Shown here: positions 16,121-36,844 of the stretch, piece after piece
Position numbering within the stretch: position 1 is the stretch's first letter
Layout of the letters: each line of letters begins with the position of its first letter
DNA from: the human T2T-CHM13v2.0 reference genome, Homo sapiens
DNA length: 64,000 nt
Direction: 5' to 3' (one strand)
NCBI RefSeq assembly: GCF_009914755.1
Contig: NC_060947.1
Translations under genes and position numbers: made by a program
The notes under the pieces: generated by a model
The model's database searches: none
Told to the model about the DNA's origin: nothing
Seen by the model: the letters and a program-made list of their open reading frames with translations, nothing else

Positions 16121-17380
16121 TAGTTTCAGCGCTAAGACCAAAAAAAAAAAAAAAAAAAAGTAGCCTCAACTCTTTATGAATTGTTTCAATCTGCAAACAC
16201 ATCCATTTCATCCATTTAACCATATAAACACAGATAGAACGTGGCCACCTAGAGCCCCCACCATCCAGCTACATCAGCTGCCTATCCTAAGGATAGGCTT
16301 TTTTTTTTTTTTTTTTTTTTTTGGTGGGGGCGCTATTTAATGGCACAAATGGTTTGAAAAGTTTACACAGTAAATTCTGTGATGCAATTTTATAGTTCAT
16401 TTCTTTTCATCATTAACTATCCATGTCCACATGAGAGTTAACAATCTCAATAATTTACTCTGGCAAATCTGATAGTACTTTCCCAAGAGACTGGCTGGTG
16501 CAGTGGAAATTGCTTGGTAGATTCCGATCAAGCAATGATGTCAAATGTAACTCCTTGAACATTCATGTGGTAGGAAGGTTGCAAGCAGTGGTGTTTGGAA
16601 ACTGCAGCTCTTCTCCTCCTACCTCCTCTTGTTTCTGCAGCTAAACATAGATTAGGGAAATATTTTAGGTTTGGTGTGAGGGTCCAGTTTAAGACTATCT
16701 GAGGCGGTTTTAGAATTACCATCAGCATTTGGAGGTTCCTGGAGGCCCCTATGATCTGATACAAGCTGGCCAGTGCTCAGGATCTTAATTCTCATGGCAA
16801 CCTAAACTGACTGACTAACACCACTGGGACAACCTAATATCCTTACTATATTTAAAGTCTGGCTTGCTTTTTAGACTTTAAACATTTATTGAAGATTGTG
16901 ACATGCACATTGGCCATATTATCTCATTTCATCCTTGCAACAGTCCTATAAAGGAGGTTGCAATACACCCATTTTACAGATGCAGTTTAGAGAAACAACA
17001 TTCAAAATCACATACTTAACAAGCAGATAAGTAGGAATTCAAAATTAGGTCAGCCTGACACTGAAGCCTTTGAACATTCCCTTTATTATATAAACTTGAT
17101 TCGTCCAGGATGACTTTGTGTTATGATATAACTTTGTTCACCCTCCATTTTGTATCCCTTCAATACTTATTCTGAAAATCTTGGGGGTGTTTTGGTGATG
17201 TGCTCTGTAACTAGAATGTAAGATCTTATGTTTCTTTAATTTATGTCTTCCCATAGTAACTAGTTAAAAGCTCTGCAGTCATTCATTCATCAAACATTTA
17301 TCTGATATTAAGTGTACAGTACAGCTGAGGATTCAAAGGTAAATTATGATGTGATCTCTGCTCTCAAGGAATTTGCATTC

Positions 17381-17676
17381 TTTTTTTTTTTTTTTTTTTT
17401 TTTTGAGACAGAGGAGTCTTGCTCTGTCGCCCAGGCTGGAGTGCCGTGGCGCGATCTCCTCTCGCTGCAAGCTCCGCCTCCCGGGTTCATGCCATTCTCC
17501 TGCCTCAGCCTGTCCAAGTAGCTGGGACTACAGGCGCCCGCCACCACGCCCAGCTAATTTTTTTATTTTTAGTAGAGACGGGGTTTCACCGTGGTCTCTA
17601 TCTCCTGACCTCGTGATCCGCCCGCCTCGGCCTCCCAAAGTGCTGGGATTACAAGTGTGAGCCACCGCGCCCAGCC
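17381..17676 (-). mobile_element. AluY with a 12-bp left-arm deletion (Yd-like)
   Basis: gggtttcaccgtggtctc lacks gttagccaggat; TSD gaatttgcattctt. Confidence 0.88.
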
Positions 17677-20600
17677 AGAATTTGCATTCTTATACAGAAG
17701 ATGGGGCAAGTACACAAGAAACCAAAGGCAATGCAGAGTCAATGAATGTAGGATGCTTAGCCTACTTAATAAATAAGCATTAAGTACTAAATAACTGGCA
17801 TTTAATAAATGGTAACTAGAATTCATCTTTGATGGCATTTGAGAGGGTCTTAGGAGGTGGGCAAGATTTTGCTTGGTGAAGATGGGAGCCAGGAGAGGGC
17901 ATGCTGACTAGAATGAACAGCATAAACAGTAACACAAAAGGGAAAATTTCTAGTCGAGTTTAGCTAAAAGGGCCAGATCATGAAGAACATTGAATACCAG
18001 GCTAAAGAGAATAGACTACATTCTGTGGGAAATGGGAAAACATATTTAGACAGAAATAGTAAGGAAAAAAGATTTCTATAGCAGCAGTGTGTAGGAAAGA
18101 TTAGTCATTAAAAGGCTAGGGGCAGTTAGAGTGCCACAATGGTCCAAATAAGAAGTGATAATGATTTTAAACTAGGGTGGGGGCAATGGGAACAAAGGAG
18201 AAATAATGTACAGGGTAGGTTCAACAGGACTTTTTTATTACTTGGATATTGGTGAGAGGGAGGAAGATGGAAAAGGGTTGCTGAAAACTCTTAAATGTAA
18301 ACTCTGGGTAAAGAAAAGACTAGAGGTAGCAATATAAGAAAGAGGGCAATCGGGAGGAAGAACTCATACAGTAGGGCAGAATAGACATAGATTCTGATTT
18401 TAAAAGTGTTGAAAAGTGTTTCAGAAATTAGTGGGTTAAACAATTGCAGTGATACACACACACACACTTTTCCATATAAAGAGGAGAAAACTGAAGTCAT
18501 AAGAGTGGCTGAGCTAGGCAAGGGATGTGGCTTTCTCCACTGGGATGCCTAACAGTCATATCCAACAACATTTTCAAAACCAAGCTCCCAATTTCCCCAC
18601 CCAAGTTCTTTCCACTCCTTTTCTATCTTTCATAGCTCAGTAAAGATATCAACATCTATCCAGTTGCCTAAGTCAGAAACCTGGGAGTTATTTGTGTTTC
18701 TTCCTTTCCTTCACCTGCAGATCCAGTCCATCAGAAATTTCCATTGGTTCTATGTCCAAGACATGCCTTAAATACATTCACTTCTCTCACTCTGTACTGC
18801 CACCACTCTAGTCTGGATACTATTATCTCTCACTTAGACTTTCTGCAGTATCAACCTGGGCGTTGCTTCCATTCTTGCTGCCTTACAACCCATTATCTTT
18901 GCAGCCACCAGAGTGAACCTCCAAAAAAAAGTAAATCAGATCATGTCACAAAACCTGCCCCAGACTCTGGTGAAGACCTCTGAGCTAGGAAGAAGAGTGT
19001 CATTTTTGGAAATGCCTGTGTGTAAGAGTTTAGAGGAGAAAAAGATGTCAGAAAGAAGACAAGGAATGGTCAAAGACCCCTTTTTGTCATTAGAAATTCA
19101 CTGGTGCCCTATGGAACAAAACAAAACAGGAGGTGGGGAGGAAGCCAGATTGTGGGGGTTTAAGAAGTGAAGCCAACACAGTTAAGTGTAGCTTCCTCTT
19201 TGAAAAAATGTGATTGTGAAAGGAAGGAGTTAGTCTAACAGCTTGAGGGGACGTCGGAGCCCAGAAATTTTTTTAAGATAAGAGAAAACTGCACATGTTT
19301 ATAGACAGGAGAAGCTACAGGAGTTGACTGAAAGGTGAGATCATGATGACGGGCAACATAAGGAGAAATGAGACTTGTTCTGGGCCTTCAGGGATAGGCA
19401 GCGGAAAGAGGGCAGGAGATAGACTGGCCAACTGATACCCTAAATTCTGGACTCTTCTTGGATGACATGAAAAGGTATTGTTTCATGTGTCCTTTCTGAT
19501 CTAGTAACAAATAGCTGAATGGCTCTAAACTGGAAACACTATCCAAGTACCCCATGCAATGTGGCAAGATGATTCAGCTATGGAGAAAGATAAATTGTTG
19601 CACAATGCTCTGGAATTGGCAACCTATTCCTGCAGCTAATCTCAAAGGGCGGCTAGACGCTTGCTCATGGTTAAGAAAGAGCACACATCATGCCACAGGT
19701 CCCTCACCTCAATTTTCCACATTCGTAACACCCATATGGTTCTTAAACTGGGAAGAAAACCCTTCTCAATGCACTTTATTTGCAGTTGGAGGACTTGAGG
19801 TCACAGGAAGTAGGTTGAATCTTGGCTTCAAAGCTTGCTAGGGTGGTGACCCAGGGCAAGTTACTTGACTCACTTTCCTCAATCATTATTGCTAAAAGTA
19901 ACATTCGAACCGGTAAGTTCAGGTTGGGCTGTGCCATATTTTTTTGGTGCTTTCCCCTGCTTTTCCCCAGAAGGGGAGGCAAACACATTACAAGGGCACC
20001 ACCCTTCAGTGAATGAGCAGAGTCTTCTCTGCTCATTTCACTATCTGTCCAGTGACACTTCAACTGTCTTCAACTGACCCTTGTCACACCACCCCCTTAA
20101 TGTCATTTTCCTTGGAGAGTGTCATTGTTGAGAATGTGATCGCTAGCGTCAGACTGCATGGGTTCAACTTCCAGCTCTATCACTTATTAGATGATTGATT
20201 TGGGGCAATTTACTTAAACCCTCAGTGCCTCAGGTAGCTTACTTGTAAGATGGCAGTATCTATCTTACATGGCAATTGTGAAGATAAAATGGCTCACGCT
20301 AAGTGCCTATATAACAATGGCATTTGGTATGTGCTCAAATATTGGTTATTTAAGAGCCATTATGCCAAATATTTCTATATTTGGTGGGGAAGGGAGTTTC
20401 CCCCTACTGTCATCCTTACCCCCATACCACTACTGCACAAGTACTACTAGTGGTTTGAGAATAAGTTCTTGGTTTTTTGGCTTAGCCTTAAAAGAAATCA
20501 CACATCTGCTAAATATAGGGTGACCATATCTTTCAAACTGAGACATTTTTTGAGAGTGACACAGTGCTATTGATAATTATGCCAGTAAAACAGGCATAAA

Positions 20601-21094
20601 TGGGGGCTGCCCTGGACAAACCAACACCTGAGGTTACTCAAGTTAAAAAGGAAATGAATGTCTACCAAATATAAGAATAAAAATTGATGGCTGTATTTTT
20701 TTAAAATTAAATAAATAAAAAGGAAATGAAGACTACATGTGGAAAATAATCTCCACTGCATTAGTGCAGACACTAGGTACTTGGTAAGTAGAAAAAGGAA
20801 TGGCAGAGGTTTTGCCAGCTGTGGTGAAGAACAACTTTTGCCCCACCAGTTGTGTAAGATTCCCAGAATGTAGTAAAATTTCATTAACCAGGATGGAACT
20901 GTAGAGACAATGTTCATCCTTGCTGGATAAATCCTGTTATAGAAAAGGCTAATGAATAGTATAAACAAACAAGATTCTGCCAAATATTTTTAATATTTAG
21001 AAAAACAAGTTGTTTTAAAATACCCTTCATTAGGGAAGAAGCACCATTTGTACACAATTGAAAGGCTGAGTAAAAATGTTTTACTCATTCATCA

Positions 21095-21626
<532 letters not shown>

Positions 21627-21769
21627 TTAATATTATTCTACTTCAACCCAATGAATGAGCTTTGACTGTGCTGTATAATTAAGCAGAGTATGTAGAATAA
21701 AGCCATGAAATAAACTCCAATCACAAAAACACATGTGAAGTTTTGCACATTGGCACCAGACATGATTTA

Positions 21770-23923
21770 ATTGGAAATTCTTATTATTTATTCTATTTTC
21801 AAAACATAAGTGCTTTTTTAAAAAAAGTCTAACATGTCTTTTTAGTACCACACACTTAAAATGAACAAAAAACAAGTCGAGTTTTCTTAAAAGTTGCTTT
21901 AAAAGTTAAATACCACTGTATGGGGACCATAATGACACAATTTCGTAAACTCAGAGAAATGCAGCCCTTCGAGTAAGTTCAGGCAAATGAGTGTGGGAAG
22001 GAGTGGATCTTTTGCCTGTGGCACTACAGATATACTCCCTGAGATTGGGGTACACTTACAACCAGTGAAAAGACAAATAGTTTCAGAACAGGTTGTAAAC
22101 TTTCTTTAAAAGTGACCAGAAAATAATGTAGTCAGAAAGCTACTTACTGTGTGTTTCCATTTGCTCTGAGAGAAGTGCTGAAAAGGTTTGCTGTCCTCTC
22201 TTTGTTTCTACTATCTGTATTCTATCACCCTACTATATGCTTACTTATTCATTATATTCATAAGATTGTCACTGGTTCTGCAAGAATTGTTCAGAGAGTC
22301 TCTCATCCCCACCCTCACCATTCCCAATATTGGGGAAAAACTTTAGAAATCCAAGATAAAGGAGGGGGTTGAAGTAGGAAGTTATCTAAGTGCAAAAAGG
22401 GAAGTTAACAGAGTCTCTGCACAATTCAGAAGAAGGAGAGTTAGAAGAAACATTTGTCAAGCAAGGCTACCTACATATGGGATGAAGGAAGAGGACTGAA
22501 GCTATTCTTCCACCAATCTGTGTGTGTCAATCTGAGTCCACAGTCACATCCCTTCTCTCACATGCAACATTCTTACTCAGTCCATCAAATGTAGATACAG
22601 ATTGATATACAGACACATCAAAACTGCTTACATTCAGAAAAATTCCCATGTATGCTTATACACACACACACACACACACACACATACACACACAAATATG
22701 TGTCTTTATAAGAAACAGACATATGCCCACAGATACCATGATATACAGGGATATGTACACTAGAATTAGGAAGTGAAAATATATATGAAAGAGTTTAAGA
22801 ATAGATGGGGGGATAGGGTGTCAGGGAGTTGAGTTGGATGTAGTAGAAAGTAGGTGAGTGAGACAGAGACCAGGAGCACATGAAAAGAATGCTAAGTAGA
22901 GCACCTATAGACTGGACTGCTGTATTTATCTTTGCTGAATACAGACGCTTCAAATTATTGTCTGTGTTGTGTATTGGCCCATTTTTCAAAGGCAGGGATT
23001 AAGCGCATAAGGCTGTCTTCAGGGAACTAAGCCACCTCTGATTCCCTCTCTGTTCCCTATGTATAAGACATTGTCCAGGCATCGTCTCTTCTTTCCCTTC
23101 CTCTCTGGAATTGGGCTCCGGGCTCCATTTCTGGGTTATTCTGCATTTTCTGCTGCAAATACAACTCTGAGTACCAACAATCTTTATAAAATGTGATTTC
23201 AAGTGTTAGTTCAGAAATTCTTAAATATGCATGCTGTACTTGCATTTTTTTGATATTTCACCAAAGTGAGAGAGGCATTATGTGTGCAGACACAGAGAGG
23301 GCAACAGTAGAGACAATGATTCTACATAGAAACAATTTTAAATTATCACTCAGTGTGAAGCAACCTGTAAGTAAGGAAGAAAACCATGATCCAGTACTCT
23401 CTTTTCCTAAGAAAAGGCACGTAGAATAGGTAATTCTAATTTATAGCAGCATAAATATTTAACAATTTAGAGTTTACTCATTTGAAATAATGTCCCAAAG
23501 TACCCACCACTCATATACACAATAAAATCACAAAAAAGAAAAACCAAGCTTTAGGAATAAGTTATTATTAACACTTGCTCCCCAAACAGGAGTTAGAAAA
23601 CTATATTGGTAACAGATCTAGAGAATAAAAACACATGCAAACTTTTATGAATGATGAAAGAAATAAAGCCAATCATGACAGGCCTGGCTGAGTGTTCATT
23701 ATACTCATAAGATTGTCACTGGTTCTGCAAGGTGAGCCTCCAGGTAAGTGTTCACTTCTTCTACAGTAGTTAGTTTATCGAAAAAGTTCTCTCTTCTTGG
23801 GAAGGATGGGACAGAAAGGGGCAGGGTTGGAGTGATTAGGCAATAACATTTTAGTTCCATGCACAATCAACCGAGGCAGGGACCAGCTGTCAAAAGGCTC
23901 CCAGAAGCCAGGAACCAAAGCCC
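21770..23923 (-). other. PHKA1: PHKA1 3'UTR (about 2.1 kb); candidate poly(A) signal AATAAA at 21787-21792
   Basis: Follows the stop codon; largely unique sequence; the 3' end is inferred from the AATAAA. Confidence 0.7.
22659..22693. repeat. (CA)n microsatellite in the PHKA1 3'UTR
   Basis: Seen directly. Confidence 0.9.
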
Positions 23924-24097
23924 TCATTGCATGGCACAGATGCTGTGGGGCAGGAACTCCTGCACGTAGGTGGCGGCTGCCTTGGAGAGGTAGGTCATGG
24001 TGCCAAACCTGCCACTGGGTGCACTGTCATACAGAAGAGTACAGATGCCAGATGCGGGATCCTTTGCCAACATGGTATCATCTGCGCCAAGGGTTTT
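23924..24097 (-). CDS. PHKA1: Phosphorylase kinase alpha-1 (muscle), last exon (32): KTLGADD...LPHSICAMQ*
   Basis: [11 protein letters not shown] motif and C-terminal CAAX (CAMQ); acceptor aaacag|AAA; TGA at 23924. Confidence 0.97.
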   Translation of the reverse strand, partial: KTLGADDTMLAKDPASGICTLLYDSAPSGRFGTMTYLSKAAATYVQEFLPHSICAMQ

Positions 24098-25319
24098 CTG
24101 TTTGGTTTTTAAGGGTAGAAGAACATAGGGGAAAGGAAAAATTACCAATCTTACTAAGTAAAGTCCTGATTAGCATAATTCAGAACCTCCTCCCCAACAC
24201 CAATTAGTTGGGCCCTAGACTGTTTATCCAGGAAGAAATAGGTTTATGGACAAAAGGGTGAATATGAGTTTGTATGCAGGCATTTTTCACTAGGTCCCCA
24301 AATCATGTAAATTATTTAAAAATTATTAATTGTTTAGAATTTTCCCCATTATGATCAATTTCTAAAAGTTAAATATAATCATTCATCTATTGAGTCATAC
24401 CTATTAATAGACAAATGTTAACACAAATCACCGTAGTAGAGCTTTGGTCTGACTCCTTCTAGTACTACTAATTTCAGCTTGTATTCTTTTATCCTGCATT
24501 TGATCATGATTTCTTTCTAAGGCGACTTAATTCAAATAGACTAAGTTTTCTGAGGCTAGAGGTCTATGCCTAAAAGGGAACACATTTTTAGATACATGGA
24601 CTGACAGCAATCCATAATTTTTAAAATTAGAATCTTCTTAGAAAGCCCTGGATATTTTTCTTTTGCATCTCCTCCCAGTGGCTAACAGAATGAAAACAGC
24701 TATTATATGTTTTGAAAATTTTTTTACTGCCAACAGTGCCTGTCCTTCACTTATGTGCTCCTACTGTTAATACGGGCAACATTTGGGACACTTTCAATAG
24801 TTTGTATTTTTGAATGTGGATAATTTCCTGGAAGAAGATTTATTAAGAAAATAAGAAAAATGTAGGAGTAAAAGTTTCACTTTCTTATTTTCCTATAGGT
24901 GAATAGCAAAAGCAAAGTAAAACTAAAACCAAATCTCTTTTCCTCAATAGTTCAGAAAGGATATGCCATCCAATAGTTTCTTATTAAGTCCTTAAAGCTA
25001 CAAAAAGCACTGTGATCAGAAATTTGAAATATGATGCTAATGGTATGCTTCAGGGCCTTTCAGGGAAAAGCATAAAGCCTCCTGAGTTCCAGGCAACTTT
25101 ACCCTCTAACACAAACCAAAAACACATGGTGAAAGACAGAGGTCTTCCTGCGGCCTACTTCTTTTGCAAACAGAGCTCAGAGCCGCTACAAAGGGGGCCC
25201 AAAAAAGAAGTATGAGGAAGAGGGCACAAGAAAGTGACCGTGGCTCCTCAAAGACCTCTGAATGTCATCAGGTTGGAGTAAAAACATTTCTCTATTGAGA
25301 AAACAACAGGTTTGCCTAC

Positions 25320-25520
25320 CTGTTCTTGAAGGAACAAGTCATTGGCAATATGCACTATTTTTTCCACAGCAATGATGCTTCCGATGCTATGAATTTCAAT
25401 ATCTGCCAGCATGGTGAGGACAAGGATGGCTTCAACCAGCAGCTGACGGTACTCTGGCTGAGGTACACGATTCAGGACAGACTCCACATGAACAGAGAAT
25501 TTAATCTCACCTGGAGTCAT
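25320..25520 (-). CDS. PHKA1: PHKA1 exon 31 (201 nt, MTPGEIKF...DLFLQEQ)
   Basis: ORF-track peptide; acag|ATG and CAG|gtaggc. Confidence 0.96.
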
Positions 25521-27170
25521 CTGTGATAGAGAAAAAGAAAATCACTTCCTAAGAGTCCATCATCCAAGAAACATCAATCACCTGCTCTGAAAGGCAGTAA
25601 AAACACTGTAGCCATGAGCATTGATTCAGCCCCCTTCAAAATAACTGAGTGAGTAAACTGCTTCAATCTTTTTGGAGGGCAATCTGGCAACGCATAACAA
25701 GAGCTATAAGAGTGTCCATGCCCTCTAACCCATAATCCTATTTCTGAGAGTTCATCCTAAGATAGTAATTCAAAAGAGGAAGAAAGCTCCATATAGAAGA
25801 GTACTTATAGTAGCTTTAGTCACAAGTGTAAAACTAGAGGTAACCTAAACATGGGAACGGCATATCATGGCATAGCAACTTCATGAGTTTTTACATGACT
25901 GTTTATTAAAATCTGATCACTGTAAATAAAGGAAAAACTGAGGTAAAACTTAAAATTGTATGTATAATACATAAAAATTAGAATTATGTAAAACATCCAT
26001 ATACTATTAGATTAAAAAGGGCATTAAGAAATGTAAAGTTATTTTGGGGTGAAGGGGATTGAGAAGTATACTTTGGTAAACTTGTATTGAGTATATCCTC
26101 TAGGGAGGCAATGTAGATTTGGAGTATAAAGACTTGGGTTCAAGTCTTATCTTTGTTACTTACTAGTTATACAACCTTAGACAATTAATCTCTAAATTTG
26201 TTTCCTTATCCATAAATTAGGAATGATAATTCCTTCTTTACCTATTTTACATAATGGTGTTTAAGGCCAAATTTAAAAATGTAAAAATAATGTTTGAAGA
26301 CTCTTAAAGGTACTATTCAGGTATGTATTATTAATTATATGAACATTTCACTCTTGCGTAAAGGTAGAGAAAAGACAAATGGGGGACATGGCATTCTTGA
26401 TTAGAGAAAAGGCCTGTAGGCAATAGTGAAGCCCTGAAGCATAACATTAGCTTTCTGTACCTGTCCCCCAAGATGCTATCTGAAACAACCCCAGCATTTT
26501 TGAGAACTTTCTACTATTGAATCTTACTACTTCAATCATGCTAACACTAGCTCCTTTGTTGACTCTGTGTAAAAGCTAGTTTTTATAATTTCTGTGTAGT
26601 TTGGACAAAAAGGAAAATATAAAAGCATCTGATAATCTATGTCTGTGGTTCATGGTAATATTTTCCAACCACGGTTATATATTAGAATCATTCTATAGAT
26701 TAAAAAAAATACAGATGCTCACGTCCCATCCCTGGAGATTCTAATCCACTAAATTGGAAATTGGAACCCGGGTTACCCCAACATATAGTTGTAGCTAACA
26801 ACCACTGGTTTATGTTCTAATGGTCTACAAACATCCTACTAGAGAAAGGTAGGAATGTGAAGGACGGGAGACATGAGAAGTCATGCATTCATAGATTTTG
26901 ATCCCTCTGCCTTGTCTAACCCTCACAACGCTCACATAAGCCGGCCTAACTTAATCAACCATTAAAAGAATTTGTCTTCATATAAAGTAATCCATACTTA
27001 TTCTATAATATTCTCTTTCCATTAAAAAAATTGTCTTTTCTTCAAATGCATTTCATGTTCAGTTGATTTATAAAAGCATGGATCTGTCACTTTGAAAAGT
27101 AAGTGATCACTGGGATACTTTAGCCAGCAAAGTTATCAGTCACATAAATGTGCAAGAAAGAGACTCTTAC

Positions 27171-27224
27171 CTCTCTAGTGGTAGAGGAAGGAAGGACAAA
27201 CCCTTCAACAGAAAGTCCGTGACA
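27171..27224 (-). CDS. PHKA1: PHKA1 exon 30 (54 nt, CHGLSVEGFVLPSSTTRE)
   Basis: ttgcag|TGT and GAG|gtaaga; phase 0/0. Confidence 0.95.
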
Positions 27225-27653
27225 CTGCAAAACAGAAAAAAAACCATATCACCAAAAACCATATCACCAAGGATAGACAAACAACGGGGAGGCTATGAGG
27301 AGACGCTGTATTTCTAAGTGTGCCTCATGTGGTATATGCTGAGTAATCACAGACTAGCAAGGGGCTCTGCAGTCCAAGTGCCCTTGCCATGGAGTTGTGA
27401 TGCCTAAGTGCCAAGATGCAGGATTGGACTATAGGAGACCTAAGGTTCATCCTCTACTTAGGGAAATGGAATGAGTAGGAAAGCTCTATCTTTTGGGATA
27501 GACTAGTCCCAAATATTCAGAGACTATCTGGAAAGATATCATACTAGGTCGCACGGCCATCACAAACAGGCCTTAGAAAAAATTTTAGGCCATAGGAAAA
27601 AACTCAAGACATGCATTTATTTATTTACTTATATTTTAGTGAGCAAAAGTTTT

Positions 27654-27951
27654 CCTTTTTTTTTTAACACTTGTTTTTTTTTTATTATTATACTTTAAGT
27701 TCTAGGGTACATGTGCACAACGTGCAGGTTTGTTACATATGTATACATGTGCCATGTGGGTGTGCTGTACCCGTTAACTCGTCATTTACATTAGGTATAT
27801 CTCCTAATGCTCTCCCTCCCCCCTCCCCCCACCCCATGACAGGCCCCAGTGTGTGATGTTCCCCATCCTGTGTCCAAGTGTTCCCATTGTTCAATTCCCA
27901 CCTATGAGTGAGAACACGCGGTGTTTGGTTTTCTGTCCTTGCGATAGTTTG
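27654..27951 (-). mobile_element. Short 5'-truncated L1PA 3' end
   Basis: L1PA 3'UTR; TSD gtgagca(a/c)aagtttt at 27639-27653 and 27952-27966. Confidence 0.92.
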
Positions 27952-28364
27952 GTGAGCACAAGTTTTATTTACACACTGTATCCATAAGCAGATGCATATA
28001 TTCTTATACAAGTAATTTCCAAAAATGTGTAAGAAATTACTATCATTTGTTAATAAACCAAAACACATATTAAAATCAAGGGATTTTAGATACTTCATTT
28101 TGTGGTGTTCTAAGTACAAATGGTGCACACCTGATTTGAAACATATAAAAAGTATAAACTACAGCAGTCCAAAATGCAAGTATTAATTTCATGGCACTCC
28201 AACAGCTATAAAATTTTTTTAACTCAAAATGTATGCTTTTCACAAAATTCTATAAGAATTTTTCATCTGTGGATGTAGAGTTTGGATCACTTTTCAGAAA
28301 TGGCAAGTGTGCAATTTTGCCATGTTATGATTGATTAATAAAAAAGATGTTTATAAAAAACCTT

Positions 28365-34496
<6,132 letters not shown>

Positions 34497-35588
34497 AAAA
34501 AACCTTTACAGAATTTAAAGAGTATTCACACAAATCAAATTTGTCATTCCTAGCACACCAATAGTTTTAGAATTTTAAAGTCATTTATAGAACTGGCTAT
34601 TGTTCCATATTACAGTATTCAACAAAACTATCTGTTACTGGGTATAACTCTAAATATCTTTATAACAAAGCTTTCAGAAATGCCAATTTTAATTACTGTA
34701 CACTGCATGTTGTATATGAGAGATATTGGTTTATGAATGATTTAAAACAATATATTTTCATTTAAATTTTAAGTGCTTTTCTTTGAACATAAAGTCTTAA
34801 TTTGAAAATGAAATCAAGACATGCATTTATCGGACATGTACTGTTACTACATTTGCTAGCTAAGCATCCCATCCCTTCATAAATACTCATACCCTGTTCT
34901 TGTTTTTACACAGTACTTATCATCTTTTAACATTCTAGATACTTTGCTTATTTACTGTTTATTATTTATAATTTGTTCCTCCCTAGTAGAATATAAGTTC
35001 AAGGAGAATGAAGATTATTATCTGTTTTGTTCTTTGCTGTATGAGCACATAGAACATTGCCATAATCCATGCATAACTGAAGAGATAAAATAATATTTGT
35101 CACCATTGTGCTATAGAAGTTAGCTGCAAAAAAAGCAAGTTATCAGTACTCTTTAAAGGAAGATTGCCAGAGCCCATAGTCTGAGGAACCAACTTTTACC
35201 TTTCCAAAAGATCACCTGATTCTGTCCTTGGAAGAATATCCATGCCCAAAGGGGAAAAAACATAACTGAAGGGTTTTAAGTCCTGGATGAAGTGATCTTC
35301 AGGTCCTTATTAAAGCCAGTGATGCAGAAAGTGGCACCTAAGAGACTATGAATGAGACCTATGCTGAGCATAATAGTGTTCTTGGCCCTCTAAAACTGTC
35401 ACCACCATAATAGTGTGGCATGCCCTTAAATTTCTTTGGCCAAATAGGCCTTCAAAAGAAAAATAAATATTGGTCACATCAAAGAGTCTCCGAACTATTA
35501 CCATCATTATGACTTTGCATTTATTTAGTAGTTTTCATCCAAGAAAAAATATAGGTAATAACTCCTAACACAAACTCCCCAAGTACTG

Positions 35589-35653
35589 CATTTGTTTTAC
35601 TCTACTGATACTTGGTTTTACTCTACTGATACATTTGTTTTACTCTACTGATA
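35589..35653. repeat. Three tandem copies of an approximately 21-bp unit (ttgttttactctactgata core)
   Basis: Seen directly. Confidence 0.9.
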
Positions 35654-36025
35654 GCACGTTGCTACAAATAACATTTACAACCCTCCACAGCTACAAAGAA
35701 AGTTAGCTCTTTAGTAACAAATTCGTTTGATTAGCAGCAAATGTATCACAATGTCCAACTATGGCCAGAAGCAGAGAGGTGATGATTTTAAAAGTCTAAT
35801 TTAGAAACAAGACTATGGCAACAATAATAGAAAGAGACTAAATTATTAATAATGCCACAATAACAAATCAACTGTTTCATTTTTATGTTTTCTTCTTGGT
35901 TTTGTCTATCTGAGTTATGACTTTTACATAATTGCAGTGATTATATTAGTCATGTCATATCTCTGCCAAGGAGACTGAGAATTTCAAGGGGCAAAAATGA
36001 GACATCAACAATGTATTATGCTCAC

Positions 36026-36196
36026 CTTCTGCAAAACTTTCCATACTTTCTGATAAAATCCAACTGGAACTCTATTCAGTGCCCCATCCAGCCTTCTTCG
36101 GCGTTGCCATTGACCTTGACGACTATCTTTAGATGACTGCTGATCATATGCACTAGGAAAGGACCCACTACTTGGAGTCATAGAGGTTCCAGGTGA
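36026..36196 (-). CDS. PHKA1: PHKA1 exon 29 (171 nt, [10 protein letters not shown]...[19 protein letters not shown]...VLQK)
   Basis: ttccaag|TCA and AAG|gtgag. Confidence 0.96.
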
Positions 36197-36223
36197 CTTG
36201 GAAGAGGAGAGGAAAGAACATAA

Positions 36224-36563
<340 letters not shown>

Positions 36564-36844
36564 CAAGTCTTTGAACTTTATAGTGAACAATAAACCTACT
36601 CTGCAGAATTATAAACCAAATATTAAGTGAAGCAGCCAAGACAAAGAGGTTATAGTGAAGCTAGTAGACTTATATGTAGCTAGCAGTGCTGTACGCTGGT
36701 ACAATCCTTTTTGAAAGCAATCTGGTGATACATGAGAAAAGTCATAAAAATACTGATGATTTGGGACATTCTTAGCTGTCTCTTGACCTGATTATCTCTG
36801 TTAAACTTCTAGCTCGTCCATGGTTTAGTTTGTTGCCCTCATGG

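Noticed and set aside
16299-16800. Poly(T) run followed by unique-looking sequence, a possible retrocopy
   Set aside because: I found no TSD or suitably placed poly(A) signal and no recognisable coding similarity.
19400-20983. Several 60-138 aa ORFs in the PHKA1-HDAC8 intergenic gap
   Set aside because: No recognisable homology or splice structure; the lengths are expected by chance.
35589-35653. Short direct repeats resembling a CRISPR array
   Set aside because: No spacers and a eukaryotic context; this is a simple tandem duplication.
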